Positions 39,418 to 50,632 of a DNA stretch of 64,000 bases are shown here, in pieces. Source of the DNA: Candidatus Omnitrophota bacterium (GTDB lineage: Bacteria; Omnitrophota; Gorgyraeia; Aquiviventales; Aquiviventaceae). A program made the translations under genes and the position numbers. Positions within the stretch are counted from its first letter, which is position 1, and each line of letters opens with the position of its first letter. The stretch is from the NCBI GenBank assembly GCA_016192545.1, contig JACPTX010000028.1, forward strand, positions 8,686-72,685, written 5' to 3'. Under the pieces are notes generated by a model. The model made no database searches. It was given only the letters and a program-made list of their open reading frames with translations, and was not told where the DNA came from.

Positions 39418-39462
39418 GGTTTTGACTTTGTGGGGGGAGGTGTGGTATCGTGGTCGTCGCTG

Positions 39463-40419
39463 ATGTGGCCTCGCAGGATTGTCCTCCTCGCCTTCCTCGC
39501 GCTTGCCGTCGGGGCGCCGGAACAGGGTGAAGCCGGCTGGGTCTGGTCGCCGCAGACCGGCTGGATCGGCCCGTCCGGCGCGGTCAAGGACACCCCGGCG
39601 GAGCAGATGGCCCATGCCATGAGCTTCTTCCAGAAGCCGGACTACGACAAGGCGCGGATCGAGTTCAAGAAGCTCATCCGGCGCTACAAGGATTCCCCCG
39701 AGGCGCCCGAGGCCCAGTATTTCCTCGGCCGCTGCCATGAGGAGAAGGGGGATTACTACGAGGCCTTCCTCGAATACCGCAAGACGATCCAGGTCTATCC
39801 GTCCACCGTGCGGTTCAGCGAGGTCCTGGAGCGGATGTATCAGATCGGCAACTACTTCCTGAGCGGCAAGAAGCGCCGGCTGTTGGGGACGGCCGCGCTC
39901 CTGCCGGCCCGCGACAAGGCCATCGAGGTCTTCAAGGCGATCAGCGAGGAGGGGCCGTTCAGCGACGTCGGGGAGCTGGGGCAGTATAAGCTGGGCATCG
40001 CGCATCTGGCGCTCGGCGAATACGAGCAGGCGGTCGTCGCGTTCGAGCAGCTCATCGACCGCTACCCCGACTCGCCGCTCGTTGACGATGCGCGCTTTCA
40101 GCTGGCGCAGGCCAGCCTCAAGGGCACGTTCGAGCCCGGCTACGACCAGCACGCCACCGACCAGGCCATGGAGCAATTGCACGTCTTCGTGGAGGAATAC
40201 CCGGGCAGCGACCTCTCGCCTGAGGCGTCGGAACGCATCACGGGCCTTCGGGAGCGCCGGGCGGAGCACGAGTTTCAGGTGGGGCGGTTTTACGAGGACC
40301 GCAAGCAGTTCGCCTCCGCGCTGGTGTCCTATCGGGAGGTGGTAAGCCGCTACGCGGATACGTCCTGGGCCTCGAAAGCCACCGCCCGCATCGATGCCCT
40401 GGAGTCCAAGGTCCAATGA
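39463..40419 (+). CDS. bamD: BamD-like TPR protein (outer-membrane protein assembly factor)
   Basis: Signal peptide and TPR repeats with BamD-like pattern (...ARIEFKKLIRRYKDSPEAPEAQYFLGRCHEEKGDY..., ...AVVAFEQLIDRYPDSPLVDDARFQLAQ...). No lipobox Cys seen. Confidence 0.6.
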   Translation: MWPRRIVLLAFLALAVGAPEQGEAGWVWSPQTGWIGPSGAVKDTPAEQMAHAMSFFQKPDYDKARIEFKKLIRRYKDSPEAPEAQYFLGRCHEEKGDYYEAFLEYRKTIQVYPSTVRFSEVLERMYQIGNYFLSGKKRRLLGTAALLPARDKAIEVFKAISEEGPFSDVGELGQYKLGIAHLALGEYEQAVVAFEQLIDRYPDSPLVDDARFQLAQASLKGTFEPGYDQHATDQAMEQLHVFVEEYPGSDLSPEASERITGLRERRAEHEFQVGRFYEDRKQFASALVSYREVVSRYADTSWASKATARIDALESKVQ

Positions 40420-41003
40420 TGGTCAGCACGCAGAAGGCAGAATGCAGAAGGCAGATCATCTCCCGGATATTCCTCCGCTGCTTCCTGCCTACTGCCTCCT
40501 GCCTCCTGCTGGCGGGGTGTGGCTACACGACACGGCCGGGGCTGGCCGCGCATCTGAAGACCATCTACGTGAAGCCCATCACGAACAAGATTGACCTCAC
40601 CCAGCTGACGAACGACTACGATCAGATGCCGATCTACCGGCCCGGGATGGAAACGACGATCACCAAGGCGATCGTCGAACGGTTCCAGTTCACCGGGCTC
40701 ATGCGTCCGGCCAGGCCTGAGAAGGCGGACAGCCGCCTGGAAGGGGAGCTGGTGACGTTCCGGCGGGATGCGTTGCGCTACAACGCGTCCCGGCAGGTCG
40801 AGGAATGGCGGCTGAGCATCGTCCTCAACCTGACGTTCTACGACCTGCACAGCAACACCGTGACGTGGGAAGAAACCAGCTTCACCGGCGACACGACCTA
40901 CTTCGCGCTCGGGGCCAACGCGAAGTCCGAAGCCACCGCCCTTGACCTGGCCATCACAGACGTCGCCCGCCGCGTGGTCGAACGCACCGTCGAAAACTGG
41001 TGA
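40416..41003 (+). CDS. lptE: LptE-like LPS-assembly lipoprotein
   Basis: Lipobox (LLAGCGY). Size and position immediately upstream of holA fit the lptE-holA pairing. Start overlaps the bamD stop (ATGATG). Confidence 0.55.
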   Translation: MMVSTQKAECRRQIISRIFLRCFLPTASCLLLAGCGYTTRPGLAAHLKTIYVKPITNKIDLTQLTNDYDQMPIYRPGMETTITKAIVERFQFTGLMRPARPEKADSRLEGELVTFRRDALRYNASRQVEEWRLSIVLNLTFYDLHSNTVTWEETSFTGDTTYFALGANAKSEATALDLAITDVARRVVERTVENW

Positions 41004-41004
41004 T

Positions 41005-41109
41005 CCCACGCCCTAGCTGGGCTCGCCTTCGGCGAGCCGCGAACATGACTGCGGCCTTCACACGTGTGAGTGTTCGCCAGCCCGGACGGGCTGGCAGCCA
41101 GGGCGTGGG
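41005..41109 (+). other. highly structured 105-nt intergenic element exactly filling lptE-holA spacer: outer 10-bp inverted repeat enclosing three perfect hairpins
   Basis: Outer IR CCCACGCCCT (41005-41014) / AGGGCGTGGG (41100-41109). H1 GGCUCGCC-UUCG-GCGAGCC (~41019-41039). H2 CGAACA...(CACACGUGUG)...UGUUCG (41040-41076). H3 GCCAGCCC-GGAC-GGGCUGGC (41076-41095). Confidence 0.4.
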
Positions 41110-41898
41110 ATGATGGCCCCCTCATCAGGACCGGGGGTGTATCTCCTCCTCGGTCCTGACCGCCTCCGCAAGCGATCCCGCCTCGAGGCCCTCGCGAACG
41201 CCTGCGCACCCAACCTCCTCGACCGCCACCAGTTCAGCGCGGCGGAGTGCGCGCCGGCGTTTCTTGCAGGGCTCATCCGCGAGCAGCCCGCCGCCGGCCG
41301 CTGCAAGCTCATCGTGATTGACGACGCCCACCGCCTCAGCCGCGAGTGCGTGGAGGTACTGGTGCGCCATCAGGAGGTCGTGCGCCAATTGGCCTGCGTG
41401 GTGGTGATGACGGAGCACGACGTCGAGGCGAAGCACCCGCTGACGGCCCTCCGACCCTGCTCGACGGTGGAGGAATTCCGGGATGCCGCGCCGGACGCCA
41501 AGCAGGGCTTTGCGCTGGTGGAGGCGATTGGGCGGCGGGATGTCGCGGCAGCCCTCCAGGCGATGAACCGGGAGCTGGCGGAGGGCAGGGAGGCGGTCGA
41601 GCTCTTCGGGCTGCTGGCGTGGCAGCTGCAGCGCTGGCTGACGGTCGGCCACCTGCTGGAACGCGGCCTTCCGCGTCAGCAGATCGCGGCGGCGACGAAG
41701 CTCCAGCCGTGGCTGATTGAGCGGATGAGCGGCGAGCTGGCCGGCCGGCCGACCGCGTGGCTGAGACGGATGGTGCAGCGGTGCTGGGAGCGGGACGTCG
41801 GGGCCAAGACCGGGCGCGTGATCCCGCGGCTGGCGCTGGAAGAGCTGATTGTGGAGCTGTGTCTTGTCAGTTCGCCTTCGAGGCGAGCTGTTGCATGA
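41110..41898 (+). CDS. holA: DNA polymerase III delta subunit
   Basis: 262 aa, ...VYLLLGPD... start, ...LIVIDDAHRL... and a delta-subunit-like C-terminal helical domain. Conserved lptE-holA context. Confidence 0.7.
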   Translation: MMAPSSGPGVYLLLGPDRLRKRSRLEALANACAPNLLDRHQFSAAECAPAFLAGLIREQPAAGRCKLIVIDDAHRLSRECVEVLVRHQEVVRQLACVVVMTEHDVEAKHPLTALRPCSTVEEFRDAAPDAKQGFALVEAIGRRDVAAALQAMNRELAEGREAVELFGLLAWQLQRWLTVGHLLERGLPRQQIAAATKLQPWLIERMSGELAGRPTAWLRRMVQRCWERDVGAKTGRVIPRLALEELIVELCLVSSPSRRAVA

Positions 41899-42133
41899 AG
41901 CGGGATTTGGTCCGGGAGGCGGTGTTGGCGTGAATCACGCCTTTGGCGGCGGCCTGGTCGAACCGCTTCATGACCTGCGGGAGCAGCTTGGCCGCCTCGT
42001 CCCGCTTCCGTTGAGCCAGCAGCGCGCGCATCCGTTTGGCCAGGGTTTTGAGCTCCGAGGCGACGGCCTGGTTCCGGATGCTGCGCACGCGGTCCTTCCG
42101 AAGTTGTCGTAGTGCGGCACGCTTAATCGGCAT
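41867..42133 (-). CDS. rpsT: 30S ribosomal protein S20
   Basis: 88 aa, MPIKRAALRQLRKDRVRSIRNQAV..., canonical bS20. Confidence 0.9.
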   Translation of the reverse strand: MPIKRAALRQLRKDRVRSIRNQAVASELKTLAKRMRALLAQRKRDEAAKLLPQVMKRFDQAAAKGVIHANTASRTKSRFMQQLASKAN

Positions 42134-42195
42134 GAGTCTCCTTTGTGGGGTGCGCAGACTCTACCACGCTCCCCCGTCGCTGTCAACCCCGTGAG

Positions 42196-43782
42196 ATGAC
42201 GGCCGCCTCCGACCACGCGCGCATCGCGGCCTCCACGCGGGCTATCTCCCTGGCCACCGCCGCCAGCCGCATCCTCGGCTTCATCCGGGATCTGCTCATC
42301 GCGAAGCTGTTCGGCACCGGCATCCAGGCGCAGGCGTTCGTCGTCGCGTTCCGCCTGCCGAACCTCTTCCGCGATCTCGTCGCGGAGGGCGCGATGACGG
42401 CGGCGGTCGTGCCGGTCCTCAGCGCCTATCGCGCGACCCGGTCCGCGCAGGACTTCTGGCGCCTCGCGCAGGCGACGGCGGTGCGCGTGCTCGTGCTCGT
42501 CGGCGTGCTGATGATCCTCGGGGCCGCGTGCGCGCCGTGGCTGGTGACCGTCGTGGCGCCGGGCTTCGTGTCGGAGCCGGAGAAATTCGCGCTGACCGTG
42601 CAGGTGACCCGCGTCCTGTTTCCCTTCATCCTGCTCGTCGCGCTCTGGGCGTTTTTCTGCGGCCTGCTGAACACCCTCCGTCAGTTTGCGGTTCCCGCGC
42701 TGGGCCCGGCGGTCCTGAACGTCGTCGTGATCGCGGGCTGCCTGTGGGTGGCTCCGCGCGTGAACCCGCCGGTGCTGGGGGTGGCGTGGGCGGTGATGGC
42801 GGGCGGGCTGGCGCAGCTGCTCATGCAGCTGCCCGTGGCCTCGGCGCACGGATTCCGGTGGCGGTGGGTCTGGCGCCACCCCGACGGCGGTCGGGGCGAG
42901 GTCATGCGGCTGCTCACCCCGAGACTGCTCGGGGCGGCGGTCTATCAGGTCAGCGTGCTGTTCAACACGATGCTGGCGTCGCTCGGAGCGCTGGCCGGGG
43001 AGGGGGCGGTGGCCGCGCTGTATTTCGCCAACCGCCTCGTGCAGCTGCCGCTGGCGCTCTTCGCGACCTCCTCGGCGCAGGCCAGCCTCCCCCATCTGTC
43101 CGAGCGCGCGGCCGTCAACGATCTCGCGGAATTCCGCGCGACCCTCGTCACGGTGCTGCGGATAGTGCTGTTCGAGAGCCTGCCGGCGGCGGTCGGGTTG
43201 ATGGCGCTGTCAGCGCCCATCGTGCAGGTCTGTTTCGAGCGCGGGGCCTTTGACCGCGGTGCGACCGTGATGACCGCGCAGACCCTGGTGTGGCTGGCGC
43301 TCGGCCTCATCGCCTATGCGGCAGGGCGCGTGCTCACCGGCGCGTTCTACGCCCTGCAGGACACCGCCACGCCGGTGAAGCTCGCGATGGAGGCGCTGGT
43401 CGTGAATGTCGTGCTGGCGGTCCTGTTCCTCAAGCCGATGCAGGTCGGCGGGCTGGCGCTCGCGACGGCGCTGTCCAGCAGCCTCAACGCGTGGCGGCTG
43501 CTGGCGATGTTGGAACGCCGGCTCGGCGAGCCGCTCGTGCCGCACCTCCTCCGGCCCGCCCTGCGCATGGGCCTGGCGGCGGCGGCCATGGGAGCGGGCT
43601 GCGCGCTGGCCTGGCAGCGGCTGGCCCCGGTCATCCCGCCGCTCGCCGCGTTGTCCGTCATCATCCCTGGTGGTATCATGCTCTATGGGACGATCAGCTG
43701 CCTGATCGGCGTCGAGGAATGCTCCGCCGCCCTCCGATGGCTCGCCCGGCTCGTCACCCGCCAGCCCTCCTCGCGCGCGTAA
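42196..43782 (+). CDS. murJ: lipid II flippase MurJ (MviN)
   Basis: 14-TM MOP-superfamily protein with MurJ N-terminal signature (...ILGFIRDLLIAKLFGTG...AFVVAFRLPNLFRDL...). Confidence 0.85.
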   Translation: MTAASDHARIAASTRAISLATAASRILGFIRDLLIAKLFGTGIQAQAFVVAFRLPNLFRDLVAEGAMTAAVVPVLSAYRATRSAQDFWRLAQATAVRVLVLVGVLMILGAACAPWLVTVVAPGFVSEPEKFALTVQVTRVLFPFILLVALWAFFCGLLNTLRQFAVPALGPAVLNVVVIAGCLWVAPRVNPPVLGVAWAVMAGGLAQLLMQLPVASAHGFRWRWVWRHPDGGRGEVMRLLTPRLLGAAVYQVSVLFNTMLASLGALAGEGAVAALYFANRLVQLPLALFATSSAQASLPHLSERAAVNDLAEFRATLVTVLRIVLFESLPAAVGLMALSAPIVQVCFERGAFDRGATVMTAQTLVWLALGLIAYAAGRVLTGAFYALQDTATPVKLAMEALVVNVVLAVLFLKPMQVGGLALATALSSSLNAWRLLAMLERRLGEPLVPHLLRPALRMGLAAAAMGAGCALAWQRLAPVIPPLAALSVIIPGGIMLYGTISCLIGVEECSAALRWLARLVTRQPSSRA

Positions 43783-45035
43783 GCGGCCTGCCGGACCAGC
43801 CCGGCGTGTATCTCTTCAAGGATGCACAGGACCGCGTGCTCTATGTGGGGAAGGCCCTCAGCCTGCGCACGCGGGTCAGCTCCTACTTCCACACCCCTGC
43901 CAATCTTGCGCCGCGCATCCAGCGCCTCGTGCCGTTGATCGCCGGCGTGGAGGTGCAGACGACCGCCTCGGAGGCCGAGGCGCTCCTCCTCGAATCCCGG
44001 CTCATCAAGCAGCATCAGCCGAAGTACAACGTCGCCTACCGCGACGACAAAAGCTATCCGCTGCTGAAGCTGACGGACGAGCGCTTCCCGCGGCTGGTCG
44101 TGGTGCGCGAGCGGCGGCCCGGCTCGGGCGGGCGGGCCTTCGGGCCGTATGCGGACGCCGGGCTGCTGCGGCAGGCGCTGCAGTTCATGCGGCGGGTCTT
44201 CCCGCTGCGGACGTGCCGGACGTTTCCGGCGAGCCCCTGCCTCGAGTACCATCTCGGGCAGTGCCTCGCGCCCTGCGTCGGCTCCATCGACGAGGCCGCA
44301 TACGGCCGCATCGTGGCGGACCTCGTCGCGTTCCTCGAGGGCCAGCGCGACGACCTGCTGCGCGAGCTGGCCCGCCGGATGAAGGAGGCCTCGCGCCATC
44401 AGCGGTTCGAAGAAGCCGCCCGGCTGCGCGACCAGATCGAAGCGCTCACCTCCGTCATCGTCGCGAAAGCCAAGTCCTCGCAGGCAGGCCCGTTGGAGCA
44501 GCTGCAGGTGGCGCTGAAGCTGCCGGTGCTGCCGCGGCGCATCGAGGCGTTCGACATTTCGAACCTGTACGGGCAGTTCGCCGTCGGCTCCCTGGTGGTC
44601 TTCGTGGACGGCAAACCGTACAAGGCGCACTACCGGCATTTCAAGATCGAGACCGTGCAGGGCATCGATGACTATCAGATGATGCGCGAGGTCATCCGGC
44701 GCCGCTACGGCGGGACGCTAGCCTCAGAATTGCCCGCGCCGGATTTAATTCTCGTCGATGGCGGCAAGGGGCAGTTGAGCGCGGCGCTTGAGGAGCTCGC
44801 CGCGCTGCACCTGACGACGCCCTCGCTGGGACTGGCGAAGCAGTTTGAGCACATCTTTGTCCCCGGCCGGCGCGATCCCATCATCCTGCTGCCGACCTCG
44901 CCGGTCCTCCACCTGGTGCAGCATCTCCGGAACGAAGCGCACCGGTTTGCGATTCGCTACCACCGCACGCGCCGCGCCATGGCCCTGCGCGAAGAGGTCG
45001 CTTCCCTTCGACGCCGCAGGCCGCCGCACCGATGA
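43737..45035 (+). CDS. uvrC: excinuclease ABC subunit C
   Basis: GIY-YIG (LPDQPGVYLFKD...VLYVGKA), a UvrBC motif and a C-terminal RNase-H-like/HhH region. Overlaps the murJ 3' end by ~46 nt. Confidence 0.85.
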   Translation: MARPARHPPALLARVSGLPDQPGVYLFKDAQDRVLYVGKALSLRTRVSSYFHTPANLAPRIQRLVPLIAGVEVQTTASEAEALLLESRLIKQHQPKYNVAYRDDKSYPLLKLTDERFPRLVVVRERRPGSGGRAFGPYADAGLLRQALQFMRRVFPLRTCRTFPASPCLEYHLGQCLAPCVGSIDEAAYGRIVADLVAFLEGQRDDLLRELARRMKEASRHQRFEEAARLRDQIEALTSVIVAKAKSSQAGPLEQLQVALKLPVLPRRIEAFDISNLYGQFAVGSLVVFVDGKPYKAHYRHFKIETVQGIDDYQMMREVIRRRYGGTLASELPAPDLILVDGGKGQLSAALEELAALHLTTPSLGLAKQFEHIFVPGRRDPIILLPTSPVLHLVQHLRNEAHRFAIRYHRTRRAMALREEVASLRRRRPPHR

Positions 45036-45313
45036 CGATGCACCGGCTACGCGAAGTCACCGTCAGCCCGTTTCAGCGACGGGTGTTTGCTGTGGTGAAG
45101 CGGATTCCGAAAGGCGAGGTGCGCTCGTATCAGTGGGTGGCGCGCCGACTGGGGAATCCCCAGCTCGCGCGGGCGGTGGGGCAGGCGCTCCGTCGCAATC
45201 CCTGGCCCATCCGCGTGCCCTGCCACCGAGTCGTGCGCGCCGACGGCTCCCTCGGCGGCTACGCCTGGGGCGCGGCGAAGAAGCGCCGCCTGCTTAAGAG
45301 GGAAGGAGCGTGA
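45032..45313 (+). CDS. MGMT-family (methylated-DNA-protein-cysteine methyltransferase DNA-binding domain) protein
   Basis: 93 aa with ...IPKGEVRSYQWVARRLG... winged HTH and the PCHRV active-site-like motif. Confidence 0.7.
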   Translation: MTMHRLREVTVSPFQRRVFAVVKRIPKGEVRSYQWVARRLGNPQLARAVGQALRRNPWPIRVPCHRVVRADGSLGGYAWGAAKKRRLLKREGA

Positions 45314-45327
45314 GGGGTCTGACCCCT
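45313..45327. promoter_or_regulatory. third copy of 15-bp palindrome AGGGGTCTGACCCCT (motif 1), between convergent genes
   Basis: Identical 15-mer. Begins at the last base of the MGMT stop codon; followed by TATTTGG and the stop of the convergent minus-strand gene. Confidence 0.4.
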
Positions 45328-45337
45328 TATTTGGACG

Positions 45338-46123
45338 TTACGGGCGGGGGCTGTGCATGGTGGCGGGGCCGTCGCGCTCGGCGTGCATCATGCCGTCCTG
45401 GTCCACCATGAAGTGCCGCATGCCTGAGTTCGGGTTGTTCGGGGTGGCGTGGACTTCGCACCCCCAGCCCTCAGCCGAGGGCTGGACCGAATAGGCGTAG
45501 TAGCCGGTGTGGTCCTCAAATGCCTGCGGCAGCATCTGCATCTCCTTCATCCGCTCGAACGTGAACGTGGGCGGCACGACATTGCCCTGCGCGTTGGTCT
45601 CGTCCATGCTGGCCAGCACCGCGCAGGCGGTCGAAATCCGCTTGACGTCCGCCATCGCCTGCACCTCATAGGCCATGTTCAGCATCCCAAACGGGTTCAG
45701 GCCTCCTGGCAGCGCGGCGCCGGATTGCTGGGTCGCCGCGGCCGCCCGTTCCGCCATCTGTTCGGACTCCGTCAGCCTGCTTGAAGTTTCGGCCGCAGCA
45801 CGCGAGGCGGGTGCTGCGCGTGCGCCTGGCGATGGAGGCGTGGGCGGCGGTTTCGGCGCAGCGCTCCACACCCTCAGGCGGAGGGGCATGCCGCCTGTCT
45901 CCGGCTGCAGGACCGCGAAATCCTCGCCGATTTCCCGAACCACGTGGCCGTGATACGCGTCGCCTGGCTTGAGGATGGCGCCGTTGATGATGGCCATGGA
46001 GTCTGCGGGCCGCGCAGTCTCATAGACGACGCCCTCAAGCGTGAAGTCGTCGTCCGCCGCCTGCGCCTGTCCGCAGAACCCGATCAGGAGCGCCGTCAGC
46101 AGGAGTGGAATGCGCCGATTCAT
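45338..46123 (-). CDS. secreted hypothetical protein (signal peptide, Pro/Ala-rich linker)
   Basis: 261 aa with a signal peptide (MNRRIPLLLTALLIGFCGQAQA). No family recognised. Confidence 0.5.
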   Translation of the reverse strand: MNRRIPLLLTALLIGFCGQAQAADDDFTLEGVVYETARPADSMAIINGAILKPGDAYHGHVVREIGEDFAVLQPETGGMPLRLRVWSAAPKPPPTPPSPGARAAPASRAAAETSSRLTESEQMAERAAAATQQSGAALPGGLNPFGMLNMAYEVQAMADVKRISTACAVLASMDETNAQGNVVPPTFTFERMKEMQMLPQAFEDHTGYYAYSVQPSAEGWGCEVHATPNNPNSGMRHFMVDQDGMMHAERDGPATMHSPRP

Positions 46124-46184
46124 AATTTCCAGTATAGCATGAGCGCGGCGTCCGTGTTAGACTAGGGGCCGCACCAATCTTCCC

Positions 46185-47287
<1,103 letters not shown>

Positions 47288-47295
<8 letters not shown>

Positions 47296-47334
47296 CAGTC
47301 ACTTTTTGTGCGGGAAAAAGTGACAGTCACTTTT
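47288..47334. repeat. tandem pair of perfect 19-bp palindrome AAAAGTGACAGTCACTTTT (motif 2), centres 28 bp apart
   Basis: Copies at 47288-47306 and 47316-47334. The prfB stop codon TGA (47293-47295) lies inside copy 1; the secA ATG is at 47349. Confidence 0.6.
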
Positions 47335-47348
47335 GTGAGGGCTAACAG

Positions 47349-50300
47349 ATGATCCAGTGGGTGCTCCAAAAACTCTTGGGGACGCAGAACGCGCGGGAGC
47401 TGAAGCGGCTCTGGCCGACGGTCGAGCGGATCAACCGGCTCGAACCGGACCTCCAGAAGCTCTCGGACGACCAACTGCGCGCCAAGACCGAGGAGTTCCG
47501 GGCCCGCCTGCGCGGGCGGATGGGCGGCACGCGCCTCATCGCGCCCAACAGCGCGGAGTGGTACGACCTCAGTTTCGAGGAGCGGCTCAAGCTGCGGCAG
47601 GAGCGGCGCGCGGTCCAGGACCGGTTCCTCAACGAGCTCCTGCCGGAGGCCTTTGCCGTGGTGCGCGAGGCGGCGCGGCGGACCGTCAACATGCGCCACT
47701 TCGACGTCCAGCTCATCGGCGGCATGGTCCTCCATGAGGGCAAGATCGCGGAGATGGCGACGGGGGAAGGGAAAACGCTCGTCGCCACCCTGGCCGTGTA
47801 CCTCAACGCGCTCACCGGCCGCGGCGTGCATGTCGTGACGGTCAACGACTACCTCGCCCGGCGCGATGCCCGCTGGATGGGGCCGATCTACCACGCGCTG
47901 GGATTGTCCGTCGGCGTGATCCAGGGGGTGGACCCGGCCGAGCGGCGCGGCGGCGCCGAGTCGCTGTCCTTCCTCTATGATCCGGCGTTCACCGCGACGG
48001 CCGAGCGGTTCCTGCAGCTGCAGCCGGTCAGCCGGCGGGAGGCCTACGCCGCCGACATCACCTACGGGCAGAACAACGAGTTCGGGTTCGACTACCTGCG
48101 CGACAACATGCGCTGGCGCCTGGACGACAGGGTCCAGCGCGAGTACCATTTCGCGGTGGTGGACGAGGTGGACAGCATCCTCATCGACGAGGCGCGCACC
48201 CCCCTCATCATCTCCGGCCCGGCCGAGGAGTCCACCGAGCTGTACTACCGCCTCGACAAGATCGTGGACCGCCTCCAGAAGGAGGCCGACTTCGAGGTGG
48301 ACGAGAAGCAGCGGGCGGTCAGCCTCACCGAGCAGGGTATTGCGCGCTGCGAGGAGCTGCTGAGCGTCGAGAACCTGTACGACGAGCTCAACATGCGCCT
48401 CGTCCACCACGTCAACCAGGCCCTGCGCGCCCACCAGCTCTTCCAGCGCGACGTGGATTACATGGTGAAGGACGACGAGATCATCATCGTGGATGAGTTC
48501 ACCGGCCGGCTCATGCCCGGGCGGCGCTGGAGCGACGGGCTGCACCAGGCGATCGAGGCGAAGGAGCAGGTGAAGATCCGCGAGGAGAACCAAACGCTCG
48601 CCTCGGTGACGTTCCAGAACTACTTCCGGATGTACGAGAAGCTCGCCGGCATGACCGGCACCGCCGCGACCGAGGCGCAGGAGTTCCGCGAAATCTACCG
48701 CCTCGACGTGGTCACGGTCCCGACCAATCAATCGCTCCTCCGCTTCACGAACCCGGACGTCGTGTTCAAGACCGAGGCGGAGAAGTTTCTCGCGGTCGCC
48801 GAGGAAATCGTCGAGCTCCACCGCCAGGGCCGTCCGGTGCTCGTCGGGACCATCTCCATCGAAAAGTCCGAGCGGCTCTCGCGCATGCTCAAAGAGCCCG
48901 GCCCCATGCTCACGCGCCTGGCGACGGTGTGCCGGTGGACCGCGGAGGAGCTGGCGAAAGAGGCGATCCCGGACGCGCTGAAGCAGTCGCTGACCCAATT
49001 GGTGAGCCGTCCGGCGATGCTGAACGACGCGGATGCGGCGAAGCTGTTGGAGCAGGTCAAGGCGGCGGCGCCGAAGTCCACGCTCGTCTGGCGCCTGGAA
49101 GACCTGGTGCGCCTGGCGCAGACGGCCGCCGCCATCAAGGCGGGCGTGCCGCACAACGTGCTCAACGCGAAGTACCACGAGCACGAGGCGCGCATCGTCG
49201 CGCAGGCCGGCCGCCTGGGCGCGGTGACCATCGCGACGAACATGGCCGGACGAGGCACCGACATCCTGCTCGGCGGCAATCCGCAGTTCCTCGCCGAGGA
49301 CGCCATCCGCGAGCGGGAGGCTGCCCCCGCCGATGGCGGGGCAGGTGGACGGCTGATCGCCGATGAGGAGAAGCGCGCGCTCAGCGAGCAGGTCCGCCGG
49401 CAGGCGGACGAGGAGCACAAGAACGTCGTCGCGCTGGGCGGCCTGCACATGCTGGGAACCGAGCGCCACGAGGCCCGCCGCATTGATAATCAGCTGCGGG
49501 GGCGGGCCGGCCGCCAGGGGGACCCCGGCTCGTCCCGCTTCTATCTCTCGCTTGAAGACGACCTCATGCGGATCTTCGGGTCGGACCGGATCGCCAAGCT
49601 GATGGAGTTCAAGTGGTTTCAGTGGGAAGAGGGGCTGCCGATCGAGCATCCCTGGGTGACGAAGTCCATCGAGACCGCCCAGCGCCGGGTCGAAGGGGAG
49701 AACTTCGAGGCGCGCAAGCACCTGCTGGAATACGACAACATCATGAACCGCCAGCGCGAGGTCATCTACGAGCAGCGGCGGCGCATCATCGAGGGCGTCC
49801 GGCTGGAGGCCTTCATCGAGGAGGTCATCGACGAGGTCGCCGATGAGCTGGTGGAGACCGCGGCGCCGAAAGAGCTGCGGCCGGACGCCTGGGACCTCGA
49901 CGGGCTGCGCACGGCACTGGGCCGCCAATTCGGCGTCGACGGCGCGATGGAGCTGGCGGGGCGGGACCGCGAGGGGCTCGCCGAGCAGATCAGCGAGCGG
50001 GTGAAGGCCGCCTACCATGCCAAGGAACAGGCGATCGGCCCTGAGCTGATGCGCCAGCTTGAGCGCAACGTGCTGCTGGCGGTGATGGACGGCAAGTGGA
50101 AGGACCACCTCTATATGATGGACGCGCTGCGCGAAGGCATCGGCCTGCGCGCCTACGGCCAGCGCGACCCGCTCGTCGAGTACCAGCGCGAGGCCTACGC
50201 GATGTTCCAGGACCTGGTGGCGTCGGTCAAGGCCGAGGCGCTCACGCTGCTGTTGCGCATCCAGCCCAAGGCCGAGGCCCAGCCGGTCAGCGTCTTCGCG

Positions 50301-50558
50301 AAGACCCCGCAGCAGGAGGTCCATGAGGAGGTTTCGACGAAACTGGCGGACCGTTTTCCTGCAGAAGGCTCTAGGCTGAAGGCTGAAGGCCGGTCAGAAG
50401 AGGGAAGCGGGTTTGGCCTGGAGCCTGGAGCCTCGAGCCTGGAGCCAGCCCGTAGCTCTCCGGGGATGCCGTACCACCGGACCGGCCCCAAGGTCGGTAG
50501 GAACGACCCCTGCCCCTGCGGCAGCGGCCTGAAATACAAAAAGTGCCACGGCAAATAA
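47349..50558 (+). CDS. secA: preprotein translocase ATPase SecA
   Basis: DEAD-like motor motifs, preprotein crosslinking and helical scaffold domains, and a C-terminal zinc finger ([14 protein letters not shown]). Confidence 0.95.
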   Translation: MIQWVLQKLLGTQNARELKRLWPTVERINRLEPDLQKLSDDQLRAKTEEFRARLRGRMGGTRLIAPNSAEWYDLSFEERLKLRQERRAVQDRFLNELLPEAFAVVREAARRTVNMRHFDVQLIGGMVLHEGKIAEMATGEGKTLVATLAVYLNALTGRGVHVVTVNDYLARRDARWMGPIYHALGLSVGVIQGVDPAERRGGAESLSFLYDPAFTATAERFLQLQPVSRREAYAADITYGQNNEFGFDYLRDNMRWRLDDRVQREYHFAVVDEVDSILIDEARTPLIISGPAEESTELYYRLDKIVDRLQKEADFEVDEKQRAVSLTEQGIARCEELLSVENLYDELNMRLVHHVNQALRAHQLFQRDVDYMVKDDEIIIVDEFTGRLMPGRRWSDGLHQAIEAKEQVKIREENQTLASVTFQNYFRMYEKLAGMTGTAATEAQEFREIYRLDVVTVPTNQSLLRFTNPDVVFKTEAEKFLAVAEEIVELHRQGRPVLVGTISIEKSERLSRMLKEPGPMLTRLATVCRWTAEELAKEAIPDALKQSLTQLVSRPAMLNDADAAKLLEQVKAAAPKSTLVWRLEDLVRLAQTAAAIKAGVPHNVLNAKYHEHEARIVAQAGRLGAVTIATNMAGRGTDILLGGNPQFLAEDAIREREAAPADGGAGGRLIADEEKRALSEQVRRQADEEHKNVVALGGLHMLGTERHEARRIDNQLRGRAGRQGDPGSSRFYLSLEDDLMRIFGSDRIAKLMEFKWFQWEEGLPIEHPWVTKSIETAQRRVEGENFEARKHLLEYDNIMNRQREVIYEQRRRIIEGVRLEAFIEEVIDEVADELVETAAPKELRPDAWDLDGLRTALGRQFGVDGAMELAGRDREGLAEQISERVKAAYHAKEQAIGPELMRQLERNVLLAVMDGKWKDHLYMMDALREGIGLRAYGQRDPLVEYQREAYAMFQDLVASVKAEALTLLLRIQPKAEAQPVSVFAKTPQQEVHEEVSTKLADRFPAEGSRLKAEGRSEEGSGFGLEPGASSLEPARSSPGMPYHRTGPKVGRNDPCPCGSGLKYKKCHGK
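50364..50446. repeat. palindromic heptamer-array element (GCTNNAG x3-4 / CTNNAGC x4) inserted in-frame in the secA C-terminal linker
   Basis: Left arm GAAGGCTCTAGGCTGAAGGCTGAAGGC, right arm GCCTGGAGCCTGGAGCCTCGAGCCTGGAGCC. Translates as ...[32 protein letters not shown]... just before the zinc-finger tail. Confidence 0.5.
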
Positions 50559-50563
50559 TCGGA

Positions 50564-50627
50564 ATAGGGGACGTTTCTATTTTTCAATCACCCTCATCCA
50601 AAATTAGAAACGTCCCCATTTTTCTAC
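50564..50627 (+). terminator. secA terminator: 18-bp AT-rich near-perfect inverted repeat (GGGGACGTTTCTATTTTT / AAAATTAGAAACGTCCCC) followed by T-tract
   Basis: Arms at 50565-50582 and 50599-50616 with one indel. Downstream ATTTTTCTACTT. Shares the ACGTTTC unit with the heptamer repeat at 50915. Confidence 0.5.
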
Positions 50628-50632
50628 TTCGC

